A DNA stretch of 64,000 nt from a virus. The stretch is from positions 1 to 64,000 of IMG/VR virus record IMGVR_UViG_3300027861_002706; one strand, given 5' to 3'. Under the pieces are notes generated by a model. The model did not search any database. It was not told the origin of the DNA and saw only the letters and a program-made list of their open reading frames with translations. This document shows positions 8,695 to 17,965 of this stretch, piece by piece. A program made the translations under genes and the position numbers. How positions within the stretch are numbered: the stretch's first letter is position 1; each line of letters opens with the position of its first letter.

Positions 8695-9702
8695 ATGGAT
8701 AAAGTAGCAATAGTCACTGGTATTACAGGCCAGGATGGATCTTACCTAGCCGAACTTCTTATCTCTAAGGGATACACAGTAGTAGGAACAGTAAGAGCTA
8801 CAGTAACATCAAAGGATGAGAAGTTTAAGAACCTAAATAATATAATTGGTTCTCAAAAGCTCTTTTTAGAGTGCTGTGATATCTGTGACTATGGTGCTAT
8901 TGATAGAATAGTACGTAATTATAGTCCAGTAGAGATATATAATTTAGCTGCACAATCAGATGTAGGAGAATCCTTTAAGACTCCATTGGCTACATGTTCC
9001 ATGAATATGCTTGGCGTAGCAAACCTGCTAGAAGTTATACGGAATAATAATCCCGACATAAGAATGTATCAAGCATCTACATCAGAGATGTTTGGAGATA
9101 ATACTACCACTCCTCAAAATGAAGATACATTGTTCTCTCCAGTTTCTCCGTATGGAGTTGCTAAGTTAGCTGCTCACTACATGGTCAAAAGCTATCGTAG
9201 TTCATATGATATGTTTGCTGCTAACGGAATACTCTTTAATCATGAGAGCCCTCGTAGAGGTGAGAACTTTGTGACTAGAAAGATAACGAAAGCTGCTGCA
9301 AGGATAAAGCTAGGTAAGCAAGATAAGTTAGAGCTAGGCAACCTTGATGCGTTTAGGGACTGGGGATTCGCTGGAGATTATGTAAAAGCAATGTGGTTAA
9401 TACTTCAACAGGATGTACCAGATGACTTCGTAATAGCAAGCGGAGAAACTCATAGCGTGCGAGAACTTCTGGAGTTAGTGTTTAGACATGCTGATCTTAG
9501 TATAGTTGAACATGTGAATACAACAAGTGATTTGTATAGGCCAACAGAAGTACCGAAACTTTGGGGCGATCCCAGTAAAGCAGAAGAGCAATTAGGATGG
9601 AAAAGAGATATGGGATTTGAAGATCTTATTATACATATGTACGAAGAAGATCTTGTGAGAGAGTCGGGAAAAAATACTCAGTACAGTGATATTCTAATCT
9701 AG
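8695..9702 (+). CDS. gmd: GDP-mannose 4,6-dehydratase
   Basis: GITGQDGSYLAE, YNLAAQSDV, YQASTSEMFG, SPYGVAKL, NHESPRRGENFVTRKI, RDWGFAGDYV. Confidence 0.97.
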   Translation: MDKVAIVTGITGQDGSYLAELLISKGYTVVGTVRATVTSKDEKFKNLNNIIGSQKLFLECCDICDYGAIDRIVRNYSPVEIYNLAAQSDVGESFKTPLATCSMNMLGVANLLEVIRNNNPDIRMYQASTSEMFGDNTTTPQNEDTLFSPVSPYGVAKLAAHYMVKSYRSSYDMFAANGILFNHESPRRGENFVTRKITKAAARIKLGKQDKLELGNLDAFRDWGFAGDYVKAMWLILQQDVPDDFVIASGETHSVRELLELVFRHADLSIVEHVNTTSDLYRPTEVPKLWGDPSKAEEQLGWKRDMGFEDLIIHMYEEDLVRESGKNTQYSDILI

Positions 9703-10245
9703 ATGGCTAAAAGAAAAAGATATACTGTTCAAGAGATGAGAGCAATGGCTGCTCAAAATCAAAACGATTTTGATATGGTAGCCAAATGGAAAGGTTCTCA
9801 GTCTGACGTAGTAGAACAAAACATTAACTGCCTGGTCTGCGGCGCTCCTAATATAATGATAATTCATAGACATAATATGGTTAATGTAATGGGTGCTAAG
9901 TATCTCTGTGATGCTTGTACTGATTTTGGTTGGGCATGGATGGGTAATCTATGCGCAGAAGATCCAGAAGAAGCACGTCAAAGAGGCACTGTGATAGAGG
10001 AAGGTAGATCGATATCTACTCTAGAAGAGAACGCGAAGGCCGGGGGCGATCGCCTTGAAGCAAATGGAATGTTATTTGGCAGTAGAAAAAAGATTCAAAG
10101 TAGTAATCAGAATCCCACTGCAGCCTATAAGCCTATAAGAAACTTTGATGATGATACTCTTCTATTGCATCTATCTAAATGTAAACACCCCAGAGATATC
10201 GATGAAGGTAAGTCTTGGGAGCTTTGGATAGAAAAGAAGAGATGA
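9703..10245 (+). CDS. Hypothetical protein with CxxC...CxxC zinc finger
   Basis: NCLVCG ... LCDACT; abuts the gmd stop directly. Confidence 0.7.
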   Translation: MAKRKRYTVQEMRAMAAQNQNDFDMVAKWKGSQSDVVEQNINCLVCGAPNIMIIHRHNMVNVMGAKYLCDACTDFGWAWMGNLCAEDPEEARQRGTVIEEGRSISTLEENAKAGGDRLEANGMLFGSRKKIQSSNQNPTAAYKPIRNFDDDTLLLHLSKCKHPRDIDEGKSWELWIEKKR

Positions 10246-11216
10246 AGCTTTTGTATATGGCACAACTTGTCATGAATCCTATTGGTGGTGCTGAGATAAG
10301 CACTATCAATTTAATAGATAGTTTAAAATCCAACGGGGTAATTGTAGATTATATAGACTCTTCTAACGTAGAAAAGTTCAATCAAGATATAAGTATAATG
10401 GGTCCTGAAAAATATTTCAAAGACTATGATGCAATTTTAACTCAATTAAACTGGACAGGACAAGTATTAGACTTGGCAAAAGCGGCTGGGAAAAAAGCCA
10501 TATACTTTTTCCATAGCTGGGAACATATATGTAAAGTTGGTCACACTGGAATAATTCCATCTATATGTAATAGGATTTGTCGCCATTGTTTCTATAAGAA
10601 TAAAGAGTTTAAGCCAGATTATACTGTAGCAAACTCAGAATATACAAAAAAAATGCTGGAAGATCACTATGATATAAAAAGTGAGGTGATATATCCTTCA
10701 CTTAATCTAAAAGATTTTATATGTAAGGATCGTTCACCAGAGTATATTACTATGTCAAGACTGCATTATATGAAAGGCACAGATAGATTTATTAAAATAG
10801 CTAAACGAATGCCTGACCATAAGTTTAGGATAGTAGGCTATGGTAAAGAGGAGTGGGATGATGACATACCAGCGAACGTTACTGTATCTGGGCACCTAAG
10901 CCCTAAAGAATGCTACCAGGAAGCGTCTCTGTGGTTATCTCCTTCTAGATTCGATTCATTTGGAATGACAGTTATAGAAGCTCAACTAAATAATATACCT
11001 ACGATAGCAACAAATATATGCGCAGTAAAAGAAGATGAGACTGTCATGTTAGGATCTACTATAGATGACGGAGATGATATAGATGAATGGATAGAAAAGA
11101 TATCATATTGGAACAAGAAAGTAGATACGATAAAGCCGAGTAGGTCTATGCTAGAAAAATTTGTCACGACAGAATCGGGGGCTACTCTTATAAAGATTAT
11201 AGAAAACTTAACGTGA
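10242..11216 (+). CDS. GT4-family glycosyltransferase
   Basis: IGGAEIS, VANSEYT, VIYPS, KGTDRF, PSRFDSFGMTVIEAQLNNIP. ATGA overlap supports a start at 10242. Confidence 0.88.
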   Translation: MKLLYMAQLVMNPIGGAEISTINLIDSLKSNGVIVDYIDSSNVEKFNQDISIMGPEKYFKDYDAILTQLNWTGQVLDLAKAAGKKAIYFFHSWEHICKVGHTGIIPSICNRICRHCFYKNKEFKPDYTVANSEYTKKMLEDHYDIKSEVIYPSLNLKDFICKDRSPEYITMSRLHYMKGTDRFIKIAKRMPDHKFRIVGYGKEEWDDDIPANVTVSGHLSPKECYQEASLWLSPSRFDSFGMTVIEAQLNNIPTIATNICAVKEDETVMLGSTIDDGDDIDEWIEKISYWNKKVDTIKPSRSMLEKFVTTESGATLIKIIENLT

Positions 11217-12142
11217 AGATTTTACTGACACTTAATAAAACACTATCTAACGGGAAATCAAAATGGCTAGATAGTGGTTACTATAATGTATATCTACCCT
11301 TAAAAGATCTAGATCATGAAGTTTATCTTTGGGATACAGTAGAACCAGACAATCCTAACTATTCAAAAGTAGTTGAAGATTTTAAACCTGATTTGATATT
11401 TTGCTGTATTACTGGTGACCAAAGCTTGACACCTGCAGAACATCTTTGTATGGAAAGTATTTCAAAAGAGACAGAAAAAGGTAACTGCAAGACTTTTAAT
11501 TGGTTTTGCGACGATGTCTGGCGATTTGATAACTTCTCTAGTAAGATGTGTAAGCTATTTCATGTATGCTCTACTACAGAACCTAGCTATATCTCTAAGT
11601 ATAAAGAAATTGGATATAAGAATATTATATTAGGGGGATGGCATGTTAATAAGGATTTTCACTTAGCAACAAATAATAACAAGATACACGACATGGTCTT
11701 TATTGGGCATCTAAATAATCCAGAAAGAGTATGGCTTATAGATTACTTAAGGACTAGTAAGGTTGACATTAAAACTTTTCGAGGAGTAGACCATGGTGAT
11801 ATGGTTAGTAAAATGAGCCAATCTAAAATAGGTATAAACTTTAGTAAAAACTATTGTGGGTTTCCAGTCAAGACCCAAGTTAAATTAAGACCATTTGAAA
11901 TAGCTGCAGCAAATAGTCTAATATTTACTCAGTATCATAAAGATCTTGAATATTTTTTTGAGCCAGAGAAAGAAATGATTTGTTTTAAAGATGAAATAGA
12001 AATGCTCGATAAAGCTAAGTTTTTATTATCAAATCAAAATCAAATAAAAAGAATTACTAATAGCGGTAATGTTAGGTTTAATAACGAACATGAATCTCAT
12101 ATTAGAATGAAAAAAATACTGCAAGAAGCAATGGATAAATGA
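11213..12142 (+). CDS. CgeB-like (GT-B) glycosyltransferase
   Basis: NWFCDDVWRF, MVFIG, SKIGINFS, KLRPFEIAAANSLIFTQYHKDLEYFFEPEKE. Confidence 0.85.
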   Translation: MKILLTLNKTLSNGKSKWLDSGYYNVYLPLKDLDHEVYLWDTVEPDNPNYSKVVEDFKPDLIFCCITGDQSLTPAEHLCMESISKETEKGNCKTFNWFCDDVWRFDNFSSKMCKLFHVCSTTEPSYISKYKEIGYKNIILGGWHVNKDFHLATNNNKIHDMVFIGHLNNPERVWLIDYLRTSKVDIKTFRGVDHGDMVSKMSQSKIGINFSKNYCGFPVKTQVKLRPFEIAAANSLIFTQYHKDLEYFFEPEKEMICFKDEIEMLDKAKFLLSNQNQIKRITNSGNVRFNNEHESHIRMKKILQEAMDK

Positions 12143-13035
12143 AAATTTATATAAAAGACCATCCTTCTCATGCTGGTAAGTGGATATATCGTGGCTACTT
12201 TTCTGCCTGGAGTTTCTTAAAATACGAACCTGTTTTTTATAACAGCCTTGATATAGTTAAAGAACAAAACTATATGATCATGTCAACAGATTCCTCAGTA
12301 TCTCTTAAAGATTTAGATACAATAAGTAAATCTGAAAAATCTTTTATTTTTGTTCAGCCTAACTGCTTTCCAGATCCATGGGGAAAACATCCAAACTTTT
12401 ATTCTTGTTGCAAGGATGAAATTATAGACTCACTAAATAAAATGACAAATGTTATTTTATGGACTTTTCTAGATACTAAAGATGAATACTATAAAAAATG
12501 GGACAAAATTTATACCATTCCATTAGCATATGATTCACTAAACTATAGCAAGAATATAGAAAATAAATACAATTTCGATGTCTGCTTTATCGGTGGAATA
12601 GCAGACAATGGATTCAATGAAAAGTATAAAATAATGTGTGACCATTTTGATGTACTTAGAAACTCGAACCTGCAATGCGGAATTTTTATAAACAAAAACT
12701 TAAGTCACCAAGAAGAAAATGATATTATCTGTACCAGCAGAGTCACGTTAAACATACATGATGCGTACCAGAGAGAGCTAGGACTGGACACCAATGAAAG
12801 AACTTTTAAAAGTCTTGGATTGAATGGATGTTTGGTCAGCGATAAAGTTAATCAAATTTCAAGAATTTTTCCATATATACAAATGTCTAGTGATCCAAGT
12901 GAAATGCTAAATATAGTTCAGCACTATATTTCTATGAGAAGTGATCAACTTCAAGAGATAAAAGATAGTAATAGGGAATTGATAGCTAAAGACCATACTT
13001 ATATTGAACGAGTAAAGGAAATTCTAAAAAAATGA
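12139..13035 (+). CDS. CgeB-like (GT-B) glycosyltransferase
   Basis: DVCFIGG, SRVTLNIHD, TNERTFKSLGLNGCLVSD, HTYIERVKEIL. Confidence 0.8.
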   Translation: MKIYIKDHPSHAGKWIYRGYFSAWSFLKYEPVFYNSLDIVKEQNYMIMSTDSSVSLKDLDTISKSEKSFIFVQPNCFPDPWGKHPNFYSCCKDEIIDSLNKMTNVILWTFLDTKDEYYKKWDKIYTIPLAYDSLNYSKNIENKYNFDVCFIGGIADNGFNEKYKIMCDHFDVLRNSNLQCGIFINKNLSHQEENDIICTSRVTLNIHDAYQRELGLDTNERTFKSLGLNGCLVSDKVNQISRIFPYIQMSSDPSEMLNIVQHYISMRSDQLQEIKDSNRELIAKDHTYIERVKEILKK

Positions 13036-13760
13036 ATCCTAAAGTATCTATAATAATACCCTGCTACAATACAGAAAAGTATGTGGAGCAATGTGTATAT
13101 TCTGCTTTAGACCAAGACTATAAAAACATAGAGGTTATTGCTGTCGATAATGAAAGCACTGATACAACAAGGGATCTTTTGCTTGAAATACAAAAGAAGA
13201 GAATCGAACTAATAGTAGATGACGCACCAAATCTTCATAAGTACTCTTGGGATGAAGCAAGAAATGTAGCTTTAGAAAGATGTACTGGAGACTATATAAC
13301 TTTTATTTGCTCTGATGACTTCTTAGAAAAAGAATATATATCTACTTACGTGAAGTTTTTAAACGCCAATCCAGAGTATTTGGCTATGCAGAGCCCCATA
13401 AGGGGAGTACAAGATGGACAACCTACAAGCATTCAATCTCATTCCTATGGTTCATTAGAAAATTTTAAGCAGCAATGCCTACAGGGATGTCCAGTAAATA
13501 CACCTACCGTAATTTATAGTAAAAAACTGTATAATGATGGACTGTTAAAAACTTTCCCAGAAAAATACTACGGAGCAGCTGACTACGACTTATATTGCAG
13601 ACTAGCCGATAATGAAGTAATGATACATTTACTTCCCATGTGGATCGGCTATAACTATAGGTGGCATCCTGAGCAGTGCACGTGGGGAATGCATAAAGAA
13701 CCCGTTAGTTATGATCAGTTAATTCAGAATTACTGGAGAGATAAATGGACACAGGTTTAA
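13032..13760 (+). CDS. GT2-family glycosyltransferase
   Basis: VSIIIPCYN, VDNESTD, ARNVAL, ICSDDFL, AADYDLYCRL. Confidence 0.92.
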   Translation: MNPKVSIIIPCYNTEKYVEQCVYSALDQDYKNIEVIAVDNESTDTTRDLLLEIQKKRIELIVDDAPNLHKYSWDEARNVALERCTGDYITFICSDDFLEKEYISTYVKFLNANPEYLAMQSPIRGVQDGQPTSIQSHSYGSLENFKQQCLQGCPVNTPTVIYSKKLYNDGLLKTFPEKYYGAADYDLYCRLADNEVMIHLLPMWIGYNYRWHPEQCTWGMHKEPVSYDQLIQNYWRDKWTQV

Positions 13761-14353
13761 CCCCATCTGATTTAAGAGCATTTGAACTAAAAGTCTTTGA
13801 CTTATTTAAAAACAAGAAGATTAAATCCCCCATACATTTAAGAGGGGGAAATGAAGAGCAGCTAATAGAAATATTTAAGGGTATTAATCCGGAAGACTAT
13901 CTCTTTCTTACATGGGCTAGTCACCTGGAGTGTCTTTTAAAAGGTGTACCGGAAGAAGAAATACTAGAAGCCATACTTGCAAACAAATCCATATGTTTGT
14001 CATTTAAAGAATACAATGTACTGTCTTCTGCAATTGTTGGAGGCAATGCCCCTATAGCTACAGGAATTGCCCTGGGTTTAAAGCTGAACAGTAAAGAAAA
14101 CGGGGTGTGGTGCTTTGTTGGCGACATGTCTTTCTATACTGGCGCAGTACAGGAGAGCATTAGATACTCTGAAGTACATGATCTCCCTATAACTTTTGTA
14201 ATAGCAGACAATAAAAAGAGCGTAGAAACCCCCACGTCTGCTGTCTGGGGGACAGGCATAAAAGACTTGGCCGATAAATCAAATAAGTGTATCTACTATG
14301 AGTACGAAAATTACTTTTTGCACGCTGGAATTGGAGAGAAGGTACTCTTTTGA
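13745..14353 (+). CDS. Thiamine-pyrophosphate-dependent enzyme, short E1-alpha-like subunit
   Basis: IHLRGGNEE, SAIVGGNAPIATGIALG and a TPP-binding GDMSFYTG...FVIADN motif. Confidence 0.85.
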   Translation: MDTGLTPSDLRAFELKVFDLFKNKKIKSPIHLRGGNEEQLIEIFKGINPEDYLFLTWASHLECLLKGVPEEEILEAILANKSICLSFKEYNVLSSAIVGGNAPIATGIALGLKLNSKENGVWCFVGDMSFYTGAVQESIRYSEVHDLPITFVIADNKKSVETPTSAVWGTGIKDLADKSNKCIYYEYENYFLHAGIGEKVLF

Positions 14354-14877
14354 ATTACGCAGAAGAGCTTAAAAAAGCAATGCTTTATTTGTCAGAACAG
14401 CCAGACACTATATTCATTGGACAAAGCATGGAATATGGTGGAATTGCAATGGCAAGTTCATTTGACACGATACCAGCTGACAAGAAGATGGAGATGCCTG
14501 TAGCAGAAAATCTACAGATGGGTATATCTACCGGCTTAGCTCTAACAGGACATGTACCTGTATCAGTTTATCCAAGATGGAACTTTTTATTGCTAGCAGT
14601 AGACCAATTGGTAAACCACTTAGATAAATTGTCTGAAATGACTAGAGGAAAATATAATCCAAAAGTAATCATACGCGTTGCAGTTGGAGTCAAGTCACCA
14701 ATTGACCCGCAAGAACAACATGTAGGTGATTTTACTGAAGGGTTTAAAAGTATACTAAGAAATATAAATGTTGTTAAATTAAACAACGCAGAAGATATAA
14801 TGCGAGAGTATAAGAAAGCATACACTAGTGAAGATGGCGTATCTACCGTATTAGTAGAAGAGCATCAGTTTGCCTAG
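14350..14877 (+). CDS. TPP enzyme E1-beta-like subunit (pyrimidine-binding domain only)
   Basis: FIGQSM, EMPVAENLQMGISTGLAL, AVDQLVNH, VIIRV; only 175 aa, lacking the C-terminal domain. Confidence 0.85.
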   Translation: MNYAEELKKAMLYLSEQPDTIFIGQSMEYGGIAMASSFDTIPADKKMEMPVAENLQMGISTGLALTGHVPVSVYPRWNFLLLAVDQLVNHLDKLSEMTRGKYNPKVIIRVAVGVKSPIDPQEQHVGDFTEGFKSILRNINVVKLNNAEDIMREYKKAYTSEDGVSTVLVEEHQFA

Positions 14878-15706
14878 GGTTTTAATCACTGGAATAACAG
14901 GGTTCTTAGGTAAAGAACTAAAGGAGTACCTGTTTTCCTATGAAATCACAGGTATATCCAGATCAAGTGAGATCTCGATTGATCTTACAGACAGATCACA
15001 GGTAGATCTGTTCTTTAAATGCAATAGCTTCTTTGACTACGTCATACATACTTCTGTTGCCGGTGGTAAAAGAGGTGTTTACGACGACTACGATGTATTG
15101 TTGAAAAATCTATTAATGTTTGACAATATAATATCTAATAAAAGACACTTCGGTAAAATGTTTAATTTTTGTTCTGGCGCAGCATTCGGAAGATCAAACA
15201 ATGTAGTTCAGGAAAAAGAAGAAAACATTGGAAAGTATTGGCCTACAGATTACTACGGACTATCAAAAAATATAATAGCAAGAAAAATTAAGCAATTAAA
15301 TTACGTATATAATCTTAGATTATTTGGATGCTTTGGAAGACATGAGGGGTTCTCCAGATTCATCGGGTCTTATATCAGACAGATTAAATATGGTGAACGA
15401 CCAGTAATTCATCAAGACAAGCAGATGGATTTCATATCTGCACAAGATGTGTCAAAAATTATAGAATACTATATAGAAAATCAAGATCAAGATCTACCTA
15501 GAGACATTAACCTTGTCTACCCAGAAAAATTAAGGATACTAGACATAGCAAAAAAGATTGAAAGAATAACTGGTTCAGGTATACTATCTTTAATCCAAAA
15601 CCCTGGAATGGGAAACACATATACTGGTGATGGATCCAAGCTTCAGTTGCTAGGAATAGAATTAGATGGTTTAACAAAAGGAATTGAAGATTATGTCATC
15701 AAGTAA
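14870..15706 (+). CDS. NAD(P)-dependent epimerase/reductase (extended SDR)
   Basis: ITGITGFLG Rossmann motif, YGLSK (YxxxK), LRLFGCFG. Confidence 0.88.
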   Translation: MPRVLITGITGFLGKELKEYLFSYEITGISRSSEISIDLTDRSQVDLFFKCNSFFDYVIHTSVAGGKRGVYDDYDVLLKNLLMFDNIISNKRHFGKMFNFCSGAAFGRSNNVVQEKEENIGKYWPTDYYGLSKNIIARKIKQLNYVYNLRLFGCFGRHEGFSRFIGSYIRQIKYGERPVIHQDKQMDFISAQDVSKIIEYYIENQDQDLPRDINLVYPEKLRILDIAKKIERITGSGILSLIQNPGMGNTYTGDGSKLQLLGIELDGLTKGIEDYVIK

Positions 15707-17021
15707 AGACGATGTCTTAAAGGCTGTTAGAGAATTTTTCCGTGGTAAAAGTTCTAGCTGGGACAAAGAGAAAGACTGGGTAAAGTATTCAGGGCCGTCC
15801 TTTGACGAAGAAGAATATGTAGCAGCAGTTGAATCACTGTTATCAGAATGGCTCATATTTGGCAAATATGCTGCTGAGTTTGAGCGAGTTTTTCCAAAGT
15901 ACTTAGGTAAAAAGTCAGGGATCCTAACTAACTCTGGTAGCTCAGCCAATCTGTTAATGATGACAGCAGCTAAATCAAATAACTTGTATGGATTTGAGCC
16001 CGGAACAAAGATACTTACACCTGTAGTATGTTTTCCAACTACAATTAATCCGATTCTACAAAACGGGTTTGAACCCGTTTTTGTAGATGTAGAACTGCCT
16101 AGCTTAAATCTCAACTTAGATCATGTAGAAAGAAAGCTTGCTGAGTATCCTGACATAAAAGGTATTACTTTTGCCCATGTCTTAGGTAACCCTCCAGATA
16201 TGGAAAGACTTATGAGTATTGTAAAAGAACATAATCTAGTCTTTTTTGAAGATGCCTGCGACGCCCTGGGCTCATACTATGACGGCAATAAGCTTGGATC
16301 ATATGGACATATGTCTAGCTGTTCATTTTTCCCTGCCCATCATATGAGTATGGGGGAGGGGGGCCTTGTAGCCACCGACAATGCAAGAGCAAGGAAGGTT
16401 CTAACCTCCACACGCGATTGGGGAAGAGCCTGCTATTGCAATACTGCTAAGCCTGGAGACGTGACCTGCGAGACTGCCTGTGGTGACAGATTTAAGAACT
16501 GGCTGCCCGGTATGCCAGAGGTAACATATGATCATAGATATGTATTTGACGAAATTGGATACAATTTAAAGCCATTAGACCTGCAGGCAGCCATGGGATT
16601 AAAGCAATTAGACAAGTTGGAAAAGCTAGATGCTGCAAGAAGAAGCAACTATAAAAAATTATATAAAATATTCTCTAAATACGAAGAGTATTTTTATTTA
16701 CCAGAAGCAACTAAAAAGTCTGATCCATGTTGGTTTGGATTCTCTATAATTGTAAAAGACAACTCACCTTACAAAAGAGAAGATATAGTTAGACATCTGG
16801 AAGCAAACAGGATACAGACTAGATCCTATTTTAGTGGAAACATCTTAGCTCACCCAGGGTACAATCATATGGCCAAAGGACGTGACCTAGATAAGGAATT
16901 CCCTGTTGCAAAAAAGGTTACAGCAGATTGTTTTTTCCTTGGCACATTCATAGGGCTTACCGAAGAAAAGATAGACTACATAGAGGAAAAGCTAGATAGT
17001 CTACTCAAGGGAAAACAATGA
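15693..17021 (+). CDS. rfbH: NDP-4-keto-6-deoxyglucose 3-dehydrase (E1, PMP/[2Fe-2S]; RfbH/DdhC-like)
   Basis: NSGSSANLL, EDACDALGS, SFFPAHHMSMGEGG (His at the Schiff-base Lys position), RDWGRACYC...CGDRF, YDHRYVFDEIGYNLKPLDLQAA. Confidence 0.92.
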   Translation: MSSSKDDVLKAVREFFRGKSSSWDKEKDWVKYSGPSFDEEEYVAAVESLLSEWLIFGKYAAEFERVFPKYLGKKSGILTNSGSSANLLMMTAAKSNNLYGFEPGTKILTPVVCFPTTINPILQNGFEPVFVDVELPSLNLNLDHVERKLAEYPDIKGITFAHVLGNPPDMERLMSIVKEHNLVFFEDACDALGSYYDGNKLGSYGHMSSCSFFPAHHMSMGEGGLVATDNARARKVLTSTRDWGRACYCNTAKPGDVTCETACGDRFKNWLPGMPEVTYDHRYVFDEIGYNLKPLDLQAAMGLKQLDKLEKLDAARRSNYKKLYKIFSKYEEYFYLPEATKKSDPCWFGFSIIVKDNSPYKREDIVRHLEANRIQTRSYFSGNILAHPGYNHMAKGRDLDKEFPVAKKVTADCFFLGTFIGLTEEKIDYIEEKLDSLLKGKQ

Positions 17022-17965
17022 AAATAGTTTATGTAACAGGGTGTTTGGGTTTTATAGGATCCCACATAACGGCCAGATACTTAGATGAAGGATGGATGGT
17101 CTATGGTATAGATAAGTGTACTTACGCATCAAATACTGACCTTCTAGATAAGTTTAGGCAGTTTCCTAACTTTAGGTTTGAAAAAACTGATATAAAAGAT
17201 ATAAAACATTTATATGACTGCGACTACATAATAAATACTGCTGCAGAATCACATGTGGAAAACAGTATTATTAATAGCGATGAATTTATTAATAGTAATG
17301 TGCTTGGAGTAAAAAACTTACTTGATTTAATTAGAAATAAGGCAAAGAACTGTAATCCTAGACCAATAATGCTACACATTAGTACGGATGAGGTCTATGG
17401 AGACATCGAAAGCGGCAACCATACAGAAGAAAATTTGCTACGCCCTAGCAACCCATACTCGGCTGTTAAAGCTGCTGCAGACATGCTAGTGCTAGCATGG
17501 GCACGCACATATGGCATTGAATATATAATATTACGTCCTACTAATAACTATGGCATTGGACAATACCCAGAAAAGTTAATACCTTTATCAGTAAAAAATC
17601 TAATAAGAAATAAAAAGATCAGATTACATGATGAAGGAAGACCTATACGTAATTGGTTGCATGTAGAAGATACAACTGATGCCGTAATGAAAGTAATTGA
17701 ATCTGGCCAAGTAAATAATATATATAATATTGCAGGAGGATTTGAACAAACAAATGCCGATACAGTAAAAAAGGTTATATCTGCATATCATAATACTGAA
17801 GACTGGCAAGCCTATGTAGATTTCAATTATTCGCGTAAGGGACAAGACGTAAGATACGCCCTAGACGACACAAAAATAAAAGCTTTAGGGTGGGAACCTA
17901 AAAGGGTATTCGACGAAGAAATAAATCTAATTGTAAAGCACTACAAGGAAAATTTTATATGGTAG
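17018..17965 (+). CDS. rfbB: dTDP-glucose 4,6-dehydratase-like
   Basis: TGCLGFIG, AAESHV, STDEVYG, YSAVK, NNYGIGQYPEKLIP, RKGQDVRYALD. Confidence 0.9.
   Translation: MKIVYVTGCLGFIGSHITARYLDEGWMVYGIDKCTYASNTDLLDKFRQFPNFRFEKTDIKDIKHLYDCDYIINTAAESHVENSIINSDEFINSNVLGVKNLLDLIRNKAKNCNPRPIMLHISTDEVYGDIESGNHTEENLLRPSNPYSAVKAAADMLVLAWARTYGIEYIILRPTNNYGIGQYPEKLIPLSVKNLIRNKKIRLHDEGRPIRNWLHVEDTTDAVMKVIESGQVNNIYNIAGGFEQTNADTVKKVISAYHNTEDWQAYVDFNYSRKGQDVRYALDDTKIKALGWEPKRVFDEEINLIVKHYKENFIW

Noticed and set aside
8340-10241. ORF-track starts at 8340 and 10215 (and 15684 further on)
   Set aside because: Downstream ATGs at 8433 and 10242 give ATGA coupling with the upstream stops, and 15693 is an in-frame ATG; these are preferred.
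13745-14877. Pyruvate dehydrogenase as an auxiliary metabolic gene
   Set aside because: Both chains are truncated, no E2/E3 is present, and they are embedded among deoxysugar genes.
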